From: Tubiluchus corallicola
Taxonomy: Eukaryota > Animalia > Priapulida
Direction: 5' to 3'
DNA length: 64,000 nt
NCBI GenBank assembly: GCA_030141605.1
Contig: JAQGDQ010000035.1
Location: 310,001 to 374,000, forward strand
The notes beneath the pieces are model-generated. The model saw nothing but the letters and a program-made list of their open reading frames with translations, was not told the DNA's origin and searched no databases. The stretch's first letter is position 1. Every line of letters starts with the position of its first letter. Shown in pieces: positions 23,101 to 59,120 of this stretch. A program made the translations under genes and the position numbers.

Positions 23101-25272
23101 TACACTATGTACTAATTCTCTTTAGTGATTGTGGGACCGAAAAAAATTGAGAATTAGCTCTAACAACTGAACTTCTGATAACTGTTGAATACAAAGCAGG
23201 AGCTTTTTCATATATAAATACAGTTTGTTGCAAATAAGCATGATTATAAAAGGAGATTTAGCATTTTTTCCATAGTTTTCGACATTCATCTTCTAACACT
23301 CCACAAAAAACTTGAAAATGGTGATTAAGCTTAGACTGAAAATGCACATTGTATTTTGATCCCAGTGCTCCATCACTTGTCCTGCAACCGTAAAAAACTC
23401 GACGTATTCGGGAATGTACTAATGCCATTGAGCACATTACACAAGGTTCATGTGTGACATATAGATCAAAACCCGTGCACAAATATGGAATTTGAGTGTC
23501 ACTTCTTAATGTAGCTTGTATGTTTCGACCCTTATGTGGTACAGACTCACACACTGATGTGCCTAAATCAATGTCTGCAATTTCACAAACCCTATAGTAA
23601 AATTGAGGCCATTTTTCATCAGACAAAAGTGGTAACGCAGTAAATCCACTGTCTGCATGCCAAGCACCACCTCCTTGACTCCGTGCTACCATGTCGATGC
23701 ACATCATCACAGCATGCTGCAATGGGCAACCACTAGAGCGATTGTCACACGCCATGGCTATAATGTTATTACAACTAGGATCTACTATCACTGCACCATA
23801 CTTAAATTTGGCACTTTCTGACTCAAGCGCAATTCGTATAGCCATTTTCAAGAAAAAACGCACATGGGCTTCTTCATCAGTTGTGAAACTCTTATGATTT
23901 AATGTGTTTTCGAGTGCTTTGTCCTCATGAAACGAAGTTGGCCACAGCATAGAGGCAAAGTTAAACTGGGCTCTTGTCAAAGGTGCAGATATTGGCACCT
24001 TTAATATTTCCACTCGTTTTGACAATCCTTTGTCATCAATAAGATCGTCTTGCAAAATATCTTTCACTAAACAAGATTTTTTAGCTTGCTTTACATCACA
24101 AACTGAACACAGTATGATTTGCAAAACTTTTCTCTTTTGCTGATTATTAACCCTGACTCTTTTTAAATGAGGTAAATTTTTCAATGGAAAGATTTTTGCT
24201 AGGTCTTTTATGAGTCTAGACGTTTCTATCTTGTCTTCTACAACAGCAACATAAACTTCAATTGTCTCCACTGTTCTTCTTATAATATCTGGTGGTAAAA
24301 CTGGTTCAACATTTAATCCTACTCCTGATGCAGCTTCAGTTTTCTGCTTCTTCATCGCTGACATACTGACCTACATTCAAAATGTGCAATGATTGCACTC
24401 AGTGAATTGATACAATAGCAGACACATTCACTCTTGTATACATGCATATACATTACAAATACATAAACTAATTAAGTGAAATGTGATAGCATACACTTCC
24501 TTGATTTAGTTTCTATTATTTCGTTTTGCATGCCAGTTTATTTAATCTACACCTCACCCCTTGAATTGCTAGCTTTTATAAAATTAGTGTGCCTGATGGC
24601 TCATTAGTGAATCGTTATTATGTATAACAGATAACAACGATTTCTTGCTAAGTAAACAAGAGAATTTACAGGCTTATTACATCGTGATATGATACTTGAA
24701 TTTAAAGGGGCAAAGATTTTTTCCTCACTTTTTGCACTAATTTGGATGAGTGAGTTCATTCCTCCAAGACTTACTCCCAGTAATTTGTAGCATTAATAAT
24801 GGACTCGAGACAACCATTACTAAGCAAAAAATTTCTAAATCTAATTCTAAAACAACCAAGAACAAAAAATCTAAAGTAGAAGCTAGCAGTAAAAGAATGG
24901 ATTGAGAAGGATTGCAGAGATTTGCCCTAAATATAAGAACAAAGTTAAAAATGCTGACAAAGGCATCTCATGTGAAATCTGCAATTTTCATATTCGTGTG
25001 TTAATGTTAGTGAAATGCTGTACGAAGTTTTATTTCTAGTAGATGATCGCAGTGAAATCCATTAGTGCTGATATTATTATCCATGGCATTAGTAGTATAG
25101 CTTGCACGTGCAGATTGCAAGTTAATAACGATAACGGTGTAAACTAGAATATATCGAAAGCAGTTGTACAGACAATACCTGCAAATCGTGCTAAACAAAT
25201 TTTTATTTGCTGCTTTGGAAGTAAACGCTTGAGTGTTTTTTGTTGAAATTGCTTAAAAACACGCAGTAACAT
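17159..25272 (-). CDS. ATPAF2: Mitochondrial F1-ATPase assembly factor 2 (ATP12), 8 coding exons, 278 aa
   Basis: Exons 5'->3': 25272-25179 (MLLRVFKQFQQKTLKRLLPKQQIKICLARFA, a basic presequence-like peptide), 21853-21803 (KPKRFYRNVSITQ), 21406-21261 (YEINLDKRKLRTP..LAVAVATEWDAQ), 20087-19990 (TQLCNTVIDNP..TDTIC), 19257-19177 (YR..W.PLLNW), 18710-18598, 18381-18266 (LKSLILALA..LSRLELEFQ), 17296-17159 (WGKVEWAH..VHLCSE). 837 nt, phases consistent, all GT-AG. Exon 1 is the least certain. Confidence 0.93.
20429..20993. mobile_element. MITE in an ATPAF2 intron
   Basis: Inverted termini GTTTAGTGTAATTAGTCTGTGT / CACACAGACTAATTACACCAAAC, with internal AATTAGTCTGTG..AGACTAAT subrepeats. Confidence 0.65.
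23258..24364 (-). CDS. ADAT3: tRNA-specific adenosine-34 deaminase non-catalytic subunit ADAT3 (Tad3), single coding exon, 368 aa
   Basis: Intact ORF with LPHLKRVR, PLTRAQF..WPTSFH, GAVIVDP, PLQHAVMMCID (H-A-V pseudo-active site diagnostic of ADAT3 versus HAE in ADAT2), YLCTGFDLYVTHEPCVMCSMALVHSRIRRVFYG and LNHHFQVF. A splice acceptor TGTAG| lies 6 nt before the ATG (24372-24371). Candidate polyA signal at 22949-22954. Confidence 0.96.
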   Translation of the reverse strand: MSAMKKQKTEAASGVGLNVEPVLPPDIIRRTVETIEVYVAVVEDKIETSRLIKDLAKIFPLKNLPHLKRVRVNNQQKRKVLQIILCSVCDVKQAKKSCLVKDILQDDLIDDKGLSKRVEILKVPISAPLTRAQFNFASMLWPTSFHEDKALENTLNHKSFTTDEEAHVRFFLKMAIRIALESESAKFKYGAVIVDPSCNNIIAMACDNRSSGCPLQHAVMMCIDMVARSQGGGAWHADSGFTALPLLSDEKWPQFYYRVCEIADIDLGTSVCESVPHKGRNIQATLRSDTQIPYLCTGFDLYVTHEPCVMCSMALVHSRIRRVFYGCRTSDGALGSKYNVHFQSKLNHHFQVFCGVLEDECRKLWKKC

Positions 25273-25303
25273 AATTGCAAGTTCACAACAGAAGCGATTG
25301 CAT

Positions 25304-25312
25304 CGCCATCTT
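25304..25312 (-). promoter_or_regulatory. YY1-like AAGATGGCG motif, which is also a uORF start, at the ATPAF2/ADAT3 5' end
   Basis: AAGATGGCG lies 32 nt upstream of the ATPAF2 ATG. Such motifs are common near the TSS of housekeeping genes. Motif match only. Confidence 0.4.
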
Positions 25313-26287
25313 CTGGGTGATTTTATAAAGTTTGAAAAAAAATTCAGCATGCTGCAGAAAGCAGTAATTAAACACATAACGAGCAACCCTGAGACCCAGG
25401 CATGTTGTTAATTTGTTATGAATCGCTATGATTTTATTTCGTCGCAAAGTGACTGGTCAGTGGCATACATAAATAATTATATTTGCGTACATATAATTAC
25501 GCAATTACAGATATGCGTACAATAAAATCTAACGTTAACAATTAACAATAAATCCACGAACTACTACAACATTCTACTTAATTAAGGCAGTCTTAAAAAA
25601 CATTCAATATTAAAAGTGATGATAGCGAAAGGAGGACATGACTATCTACGTATCTACTTGTTTCTTTATTCCATGGACGCCTTTTAAATCCCTTGCTTGC
25701 TGTATGCCGTTGAGCTAGGTCCTGTAACAAAGCCACTATCTGCTCATAAATAGCAAAGAAATCATTGTCTTCAATCATACCCCAAATTTAAGGTATTAAT
25801 ATAGGAGACTTCAGTGCATAAATATTAAATTTTGTTTGGTTGTTTGAAACTGTTGATCATTTGTAGTCATATAAGTTCTACTTCTTCCTGTCTGTAAACT
25901 TGTCTCTCGTTTCTCATTATTTTGATTTCGTATATTTCATGAGTACGTGATTTAATTTATGTATATACTCACTTTTTAATTTTTGCTTTAGGTATTTTGG
26001 TACTTCGGCACACTGTTGTAACTTTTCTGTGTTATAGGCACACATCTAGTATTAGCAGTTTTTACTATATACATATTTTAATAAAATCCAATCTAGACTT
26101 GCGCGCAGTGTCTTTTTCTGCTTTTTAAAAACTACATATAACACTGAATTAAAGCAGATAGGCAGAAGCTACGTATGTTTTATTTAGTGAAGCGACAATT
26201 TTTTTGAAAGATATTATGGGGGAAATTAGTGAGTCATTAAAAAGTTATTAAGCAAAAATAAAAAAGGTACAACCTTAAATTTTATTG

Positions 26288-26390
26288 GTGCACAAATGTC
26301 TCGTGCCCAAGTATCCCCGTGCCCAAATGTCTGCCCACCCAAGTGTCTCATGCCCAAATGTTCCGTGCCCAAATGGCCGTGTCCAAATAC
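26288..26390. repeat. About 15-bp tandem subrepeats (GTGCCCAAATGTCYC) x6-7, probably a MITE end
   Basis: Degenerate tandem units directly visible. Confidence 0.65.
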
Positions 26391-27469
26391 TAAAGTAAAA
26401 GGAATCAGCTCCTCAAGACAGATAAATACAGCAATAATCTAGCTTAAAACCAGATACTAGGCCTACTACTCCAGTGGCTTGTGTCTGACAATGATAACTG
26501 TTGCGGACACGAAAGATTGTTTGTCGTTTTTCATTTATTAAGCGATAGGGGAATCTGTCAAAATTATTGAGTTGTTTGCCCTCCAACTTCTTGTCTTTCG
26601 CAAAAAATGGCGCTTTAGTTTATCTTTCATATAACCGAAAGTAAAGATGGAGTTTTGTTGTTTAAACTTAAAACTGCTGGTATTTTTTGCATAAAGTAGA
26701 AGAGTGTTGTTAGATATGCTTGATTGCTTCATAAAAACCAGTCAGCAATTATCCGGTTCACGAAGTAGCTTGAATGAAAAAGAAATAAGCATTTATTTAT
26801 AAGCACTCAAATGTTTTTACTTCTGAGCTCAAAATGCCGTAAGAAAAGGTCAAAATGTGCACAAATTTACGAGATTACAGATGAGGCCGATGAAACAGAA
26901 AACAATAACTACGAACGATTACTACTCAAGCGACCCTAAGCAGATTAATTAAAGTAGCGGTCCTTATACCGCGATCACATTACATTGATACGATATGTAG
27001 CCTATTATTATGACACTATTTGCTTTCTAAGTACTGCTAAGCGGACGTCATAATGTAACGGATATTACATTCTCCGACCATAATCAATTATATCAATGCT
27101 AAATATACGCACGTTTGTTATTACTAATTTATTACTTCAACTAAAGCGGTTCTCAGCTGGTTTATATTGATGAGGGCGGCTTAGATTTCTACTCATAAAA
27201 GATAAAATAATATTTACGCCGTGTATAACGAAGGCAGAGCCCTCGGAGTAGCTTAAAACACCATCAGTTAGTTACTTTTATGAGCAGCTTGCAATAATTA
27301 TTATAGTTTTGAAATTCATCCCTTATATTTAGATATACGATGTAGATATACCAACGGGAGTTGATCCACATATTCGTTATCTGTCACACTAACAATACAT
27401 GTATTTAATCAGGTATAGGTTTCTATGTTTTTAAGTAGTTAAACTATTTCTAGATGACATAAAAAAACA

Positions 27470-27950
27470 TTCAACTGCTCAGACATCTATAGCGCTCCTT
27501 GTTGACTGTCTGGGATCGGCCGTCATCATCTTCGAACCAAAAAGGCCCGATGATCCCGTGCTTGCTCATGGCCACCCAGGCAGTACATTTAACGGAATAT
27601 TTTTATCGAATAAAATATGGGTACGCATCTTTTTGGGTCTCTCTGTAATAATAACGAGGGAAACACAGATACAGAGGCAAATACAGAGACTTTCACTCAG
27701 AAAAAATGTTCCCCAAAACTGACTCGAATGGCCATGCATCTTGGTCGCGGCACTTGTAAAAGGCTCCCAGTCGTCATGTAGCCCGGTTTCTTTTCGGGTT
27801 CTGAAGAAATGTAAATATTCCATCAAGGACCGATACTTGGAAAGAGGAAAAACCAGACTACGCAATGATGTACCTTCTTATTACAATGAGGATCAAAGCT
27901 TATAAGCTCAAACTTAGTTTGAAAGAACGTTTTTTCAGGACGACCCTGTA
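27470..27950 (-). mobile_element. Internally deleted Tc1/mariner-superfamily transposon remnant
   Basis: The minus strand starts TA|CAGGGTCGTCC (27950-27938, mariner-like TIR plus TA). It encodes SVKCTAWVAMSKHGIIGPFWFEDDDGRSQTVNKERY (~27600-27490), the W....GIIGP.FFE....TVN.ERY block of mariner-type transposases. Confidence 0.75.
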
Positions 27951-28501
27951 CCGTAAAAGTTTGATTCAGCTACCGGACTGCAAAAAATGTGTAATTTTTG
28001 AACGCTGATTTTTAAACTGTGATTAAGTCAAGTCGAGGATTTGCAGGAAGTTTATTAAAATTGCTAGGATTACAAAATCACTATACTGTTACTTTCTGCA
28101 GATTATGTAGCCACAAATAGTGTAGGGTAGCTATGTAAGCTATGTAGGGATTATGTAGGCTAATTACTGCAATATTGTTACACAAATAATTTTTTACCTT
28201 TTAGTAAACAAGTAATGTGGAAAAGCAAGTATTCATTAGCTTACAAAAATCCGATGCTTGATTTATATGCGTGAAGTATAACTACTGATCTAAATGATTT
28301 TTCTCTGTGATATACATTTCCTCAATTTACATTGTTCCTTATAACAGGCATGGCTTTATTCAACGAATTTAGGTTGACATTATGTTTTGCAGAGATGTAT
28401 CTTGTTGGATTTTCTTATTAATCTGAGCAAACGTCCAACGATGATTAAAGTTTCTTCACGTCACAGAAAACCACATTTAAGTTTGGCTGATCATTAACTA
28501 C

Positions 28502-53067
<24,566 letters not shown>

Positions 53068-54934
53068 GTTGATAGATCAAAAACAGATTTGAACTTCGAT
53101 TTCAATTTTTTACTTTCTTCAGCTTTCAAAATGAAACTGAACTGATTTTCATGTGCATTTTTATGCTGGTAACTCTTCCTAAATTAATTACGCTACAATA
53201 AGGTTTCTCGTGTCGTCTTTTGTGACACAACGTATCCAAATAAATTACATGTAATCGCAGAAACGATACACCTGACATGCGCCTTTGTAGCGTTGCTATT
53301 GCGCTGTTGCAGATTTTAGGAAAACAACATAGAATTACCGAATACAATTTTTCCTTCTTGTAGGCCTAGTACTCTATTCAAACTGTCTAGCCATGAAAGA
53401 AAAATTGGGTGGGATTAATGTTAGGCTCTACAGCCGTCAGACTGCTTGGGGCCATCCATCCTTACAGGAAATTAGGAAAGTATCAGGATTTTTTCGGCGC
53501 CTAGCACTAGCTTTTATATAATATATTTATTTATTTTGTTATTTTTTATTAGAAATTTGTCCCATATGCTGTAGAATTTTTACGTCCAATTCATCGTTCG
53601 TTTTGAACATTGTCTCAAATGACCAAACACAACTGTTCGGACATGACAAGAGGCTGCCAGTAGCCTGAACACTCAAACAAAGTGGTCTTGTTATAGCATA
53701 TTTAGCACTGCCAAATTCATTGTGACTAATTGTTACTAATTATTTCCGGTGACGCACTTTTTAGGGGCTTGGGTTTAGATGCCAAAGATTAGGATACGGT
53801 AGGCTGTCCAGATTTGGTCTTTAGGCCCCGCGCAGGCATGCAATTTTTAATTGCACAACTGAAAATTGCAACAATTTTACTGATGTACCAAAATCGAGCG
53901 CGTGGCACGCAATTTTAAATTTTGCAACTGCCGGCATATGTACGTAGACGTTGCTTGTATTTGTACATTATTAATTCACAAAAAGACAAAGAGACCGCCG
54001 AAAATATTGGGACCACCCAATTTAACTAGCCAGCAATTACCGAAAGGGCAATTTTACAAACTCTATAACAACTTACGGGCTTGCCCGAGTAAATTGTTCC
54101 AATTTTGGAGTACTATTTGTTTAATCTCATTCCACATTTTATTTCTTAAGTTTCTGTCTGCATGTTCACGCACGATTTGTAATATGCAGCTGGTCTCTCC
54201 TGCATGGAAGTGATAAAATCTATGAAATCTCTTTCATCCATTTAGCGGTAATAATTTCCGCGCTCACTTAGCTGTATCTGAAGTTTTTAGCAGACAATTC
54301 TGAATGAGCGAAACTCGCGGTAGCGATTTCCGCAGCTTGCCTAAAAGTTTTCTCGCTAAAACCAGTAAAATTTGCGTCATTCCCGTGAAGCCTTGAAAGC
54401 ATTGATACAGAAATAAGCACCGGGCAGTAGAAATATGTTCATTGCACTAAGATGAGTTCGCAATACGCTTTTCAATTTCAAAACTTGTGTGGTAACGTGT
54501 GATAACAGTAACAAGTCAGTTAAACACAACCAAAAGGCTCTAGGATGTGATAACTGTAATATAGGTGGTTTCACTAAAGATGGTCACCATTATCAACTAA
54601 CGATTATAATGAACTAGCCACAGATAATAATGAATAGTTTTGCCATTTTTGCCTACAGTTTATTTTTCCGTTCAGTAATATACCAGACGATGAAGAATTT
54701 AAACATATTACACGTTTTTCGAATTTTGGTTCCATTTTGTGCGACTTTACTTTAAATCTTTTTTGCACTGAATCAGATTATAGCAATAATGTCGCAAATA
54801 TGGCAGATACTGATTTTTATCAGTGTAACAAATTTAATATCAAAAGAATTAGTATGATGAGTACCAATTCTGGTACTCAGTTCATTTGTAAAAAAATGAG
54901 AAAATAATGATGGATTGGTAATGTAAAATTAAAT

Positions 54935-57900
54935 TTGGCGGGATTTGCCAGGTAAACCAGTTCTGTGGCGGTGATTGGACTTACAAGACAGTTCAAGAAG
55001 ACAATAGACGGCTTTAAGACGCAAGTAGTAGACAGCCTAAATAATCAGCAGCGCTGTTATTGTGCAGAAAATAAACAATTATGCCAGCGTCGTGTGACCA
55101 CTGTCGTAAGAAGTACCCTAATAGACCAGACTTCGGAAATCTCTTGTTGTGTGATAAGTGCGTATTAAAAATGCAAAAACGCTCTGAGGGTGTGGAGGAT
55201 CCAGCGTCTCGGTCCCAAGGTAGAAAAACTTCACTTCAACTAGCAACCAGGCTGAAATGGGAGAAACAGACTTAGCAGACGATAGGCTGATAAGCAGCTT
55301 AAAAGTTGCGCAATTTAAGTCATTATTGTCGGAAATAATAGATAAAAAATTCTGCGAATTCGAGAGGAGAATTAATGAGAAGATTAGTCAAACAATCCAA
55401 CTTATTAAAGCTGATGTGTCAAAAGTTGAGGTGGATGTCAAGTGAGTGGAGGCAGAGTGTAATACACTTAGGGCAGCTGTAGGTGATTTAAAAGATATTG
55501 TGTGCAGTCAGCAAAACTTTGTGGAAAAGTTGGAAGCAGAGAGGCGCTCCTTTAACTTAATGATTACCGGCATTCCAGAGCAAACAGAAAAAGAAGCTGA
55601 TAATCTGAAATGCAGGCAAGTGTTTGATATTCTAGGCTATCAAACAGAAAGTTATACATCGAAGAGGATAGGCAACACGGCAACACAAAATGGCGAGGCG
55701 AGTGCAGAGGTTGTGAGGCCCAGGCCAGTGTTAGTGACAACGCAACGGTTACTCGCCTTCTCAAAAACAGTAAAAAACTGAAAGAACCAGGGCATGAAGA
55801 GTGGCTAAAGCGTGTGTACGTCAATAGGAATGTTTTGTCTTGAATACGTAAACAAAATGCTGAACTTGGAACCTGAACAAGAAAAAACTTTAAATAGAAA
55901 TGGGACTATCATTTATAACGCAAATGTTACAAAATCGTTTTTATAGAGTCTGAGGTAAATGCCAATACGAATGAAGTGTTACGAATCTGTTCTTGGAATA
56001 TAAATGGTATTAAAGGTAAACTATTGAGTAATGATGTACTAACCCTTATAAATTTGTTTGATGTTGTTTTTATTAACGAAGTTAAACGTAGTATAAACTT
56101 TGAAGTACCAGGTTTCTATGTTTACAGAAGTTATTTTACCCTAGATACTGGACATCGTGGCGGTGTAGCTGTGTTAGTGAAGCGTAATTTATCAGAAAGC
56201 TGTATTGCCGAACCGGACCTGTTAAAGTCTGACTAAATATGGGTTAGGTTTAAAATTCTACCTGATGTATGGATTGGTGGCTGTTATGTGCCACCTGCTG
56301 ATTCTCCTTTCTTTGACATGCAGTCGTTTGTTGATATAAATTGTAAATGTATTCAAGCCCACGAAAATTCAAAAACGGTTGTTATCATTGGTGACTTTAA
56401 TAGCCGTTTAGGTTGCATGGCGGATCTTAAAAGTAGATGGATCATACTACTATGCCCACAATCCCGATGGAATGCGCAATGAACATGGTAGAACACTAAT
56501 TAACTTATGTACAGATAACAACTTGTGCTTGGTAAATCATTTATGCATTAAGAGCAAGTGCTTTGGGGTGGGCTTACTTTTAGAATGAAACACAGGTGGG
56601 TTTCGCAGCTTGATTTCGCAGCTGTATCCCTGTCTCTTATGGAGAGGATAGAATCTTTCGAAGTATTGAACTAAAACATGTATCCATCTAACCACGCCCT
56701 CATTAGTTTATGCTTGGCAACCAATCGGTTCAATGTGCTACACCTTGCGGAAAGAATGGATCTATTAATGAACAGATACACTGTTGATGCTCCGAAAAAG
56801 AAGAAGCTTATAAAACTAAAATATTTGGATATGGAAAGACTCAGGAGAGTAATGGCGGAACTGCCAGTTCCACGTTATGATGAACGACAGAGTATTGACA
56901 GTTTAAGTATCACGTTAACAGAATTATTGTATTCTACTGTTTTAAACTGTTTAAAACCTCGCATCTCAACTGGTCCACGTCGGAGCTGCAACCGGTGGGA
57001 CTACTTAATGAATATGAAGGGCGAGAGAAAGATATGGCGCGCAATTAACTGGAAAGGAGCTGTAATGGAAAGAGTGGATGAAAAGCGGCCAAGTGACCGT
57101 GAGTTTGCGACACATTTTGAAATGCTTCTAAATACCAATAGGCATGACGGGAGCAGCTTACAAGATCTACTGGGCGACAGAGACTTTTTGTTTGTACCTG
57201 TTCTTGACGACCCAATACCAATGGAAGAAATTGCGCAACAAATCCGGGAACAGGATCCAGATAAAGGTGTCGGAGCAGACTGTCCGTGAATGAATTTTTT
57301 GTCAAATGACTGGCTAATTTTACTGGTTTATCTCTTCAATAAGGCCTTTATCGAAAATGAGTTCCCGATTATATGGGCGATAGCTAAACTGGTTGTTATT
57401 TTTAAGAAAGGAAATGTAATAACTACCGAGGTATGAGTATCATTTATAGCCTTTGTAAAATATATGACGGTATACTGGCAGAACGTATCAAGTTATGGGC
57501 AAACATTGAAAATGAACAATCAGGGGCACAACCGGGAAAAGGCTGTGAAGAACACATCTTAGCAGTCAGGTTAATGATTGACTCTGCAATCCGGATGAAA
57601 AACAAGCTTTACAATAGTCTTTGTTAACTTTGAAGAGGCGTACGACCGTGTAAACAGAAAGAAATTACTGAATTGTTTAGTGTCGCACGGATGTGGAGGC
57701 CGTATGTTACGTGCAATCGCTGCAATGTATGATTCAACAAAAAGCTTGTTAGGAACAAATGTAATTACCTATAATGGAGTTGTGAAGCAAGGCTCTCTGA
57801 ACTCATGCATCCTGTTCTGCATCTATGCCAATCCACTTATAACATCATTGAAGGCCACTGATACGAATGAATGGTTAGGGGATTCGCGTGTATTCCTAAT

Positions 57901-59120
57901 GATGGATGACACGGCTATTTTGGCATCAAACCGTGAACAATGTAACATTAATTTGGAGCACTTACAATCATTTTGTGACAACTATGAGATGTCGATGAAC
58001 CATACTAAGACTCAGTTTATGGTGGTAAACGGTGATGTAGCCGATGACCAGCCTATGACAACGACAGATTTCCAAATTAAGCGCACGTCTACGTATGTTT
58101 ATTCAGGAGCTACTATCACAGATGACGGGAAGACTGATTCAATAGTCAAGCATCATATGCAAGAAAAGAATGCACATATTTTGAAGTTTTATGCTTTTTT
58201 GAGGAAAAACGAAGATTTTCCCTACTATGTGAAGAAAAGAGTCCTAGATTGTGCGCTGTTGACGGCAATATTCTACAGCTCCCAGAGTTGAAATACTGAT
58301 AATAGGACTTGTATGCCTTGCTGTATGCATATGGGGTTAATCAAGGCTTTATTGGGCGTCAGACAGACTACCTGTAACGACCTTGCTTTAATTGAATCTG
58401 GACACCCACCCCCTTTAGTTTGGATACGATCTAGGCAGCAGAAAACATGGGCAAAACTTATGAGAAATACTTTTCGCCACGAACCTGTCGCCATAGCAAG
58501 GAATGCAGGCAGCAAACTTCTTAGATGTCTTGACCAGCTTCAGGTGAATTACCGGCCAGACTATATACCTCAGCAGAGAGTTTTGTTGGAACAGCGCATA
58601 AGGAATCGGTTAATTCTACACGTTGTGTAACCTACTTGGAATTGAACCCCGGTCTCGAAACTCCTCGTTTTGAATCGACAATATTTGAGCATCATCGGAT
58701 TAGCTTCACAAGAATGCGTCTCCAATCACGTAGGCTGCGGATAGAAACGGGTAGATGGGCGAGACAGCCAAGGGAAAATGGGTTATGTCCTTGTGGAGAC
58801 TTTCAAACTGAGAAACACGTTATACAGACATGCCTCTAACATCAAATATTAGAAACAGCTACGACAATGTAAACTTTGCTGATCTAACTCACTTCTTTGA
58901 GCACACTAATTGTTATAGAATATGTTATGAAATTTTGTAACTTTTATGCTGATGTATCTTGTATGCATAACACTGTTTTTAATGCTATGACCTTGAGTAG
59001 GAAATGTACGTAAAATGACATTTGGACTAAAATCACTAATGTATCGATTGTGGCACTTACCTCGTTCCTCGTGTATACATGTAACTTGTTTTAGTCAATA
59101 AACTACATACATACATACAT
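54935..59120 (+). mobile_element. Near full-length, inactivated non-LTR retrotransposon (ORF1 + APE-RT ORF2, (TACA)n tail)
   Basis: ORF1 pieces 55081-55830: CDHC..CDKC, coiled coil, NLMITGIPE..RPRPVLV. ORF2 pieces 55976-58839: ICSWNING, GGVAVLVK, IIGDFNSR, SNH, EQSGAQ, GVVKQG, FLMMDDT, RLRIETGRW..LCPC..EKHV..C. AATAAA followed by (TACA)4 at 59097-59120. Confidence 0.9.

Noticed and set aside
24364-25272. In-frame fusion of the ATPAF2 mitochondrial presequence to ADAT3 (mitochondrial ADAT3)
   Set aside because: Exon 1 ends in phase 1. Both nearby acceptors (24370 and 24365), with or without the 72-nt cassette, give frameshifted products with early stops.
25593-26760. Short minus-strand ORFs upstream of ATPAF2
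   Set aside because: No identifiable motifs or consistent splice structure, so a gene cannot be supported.
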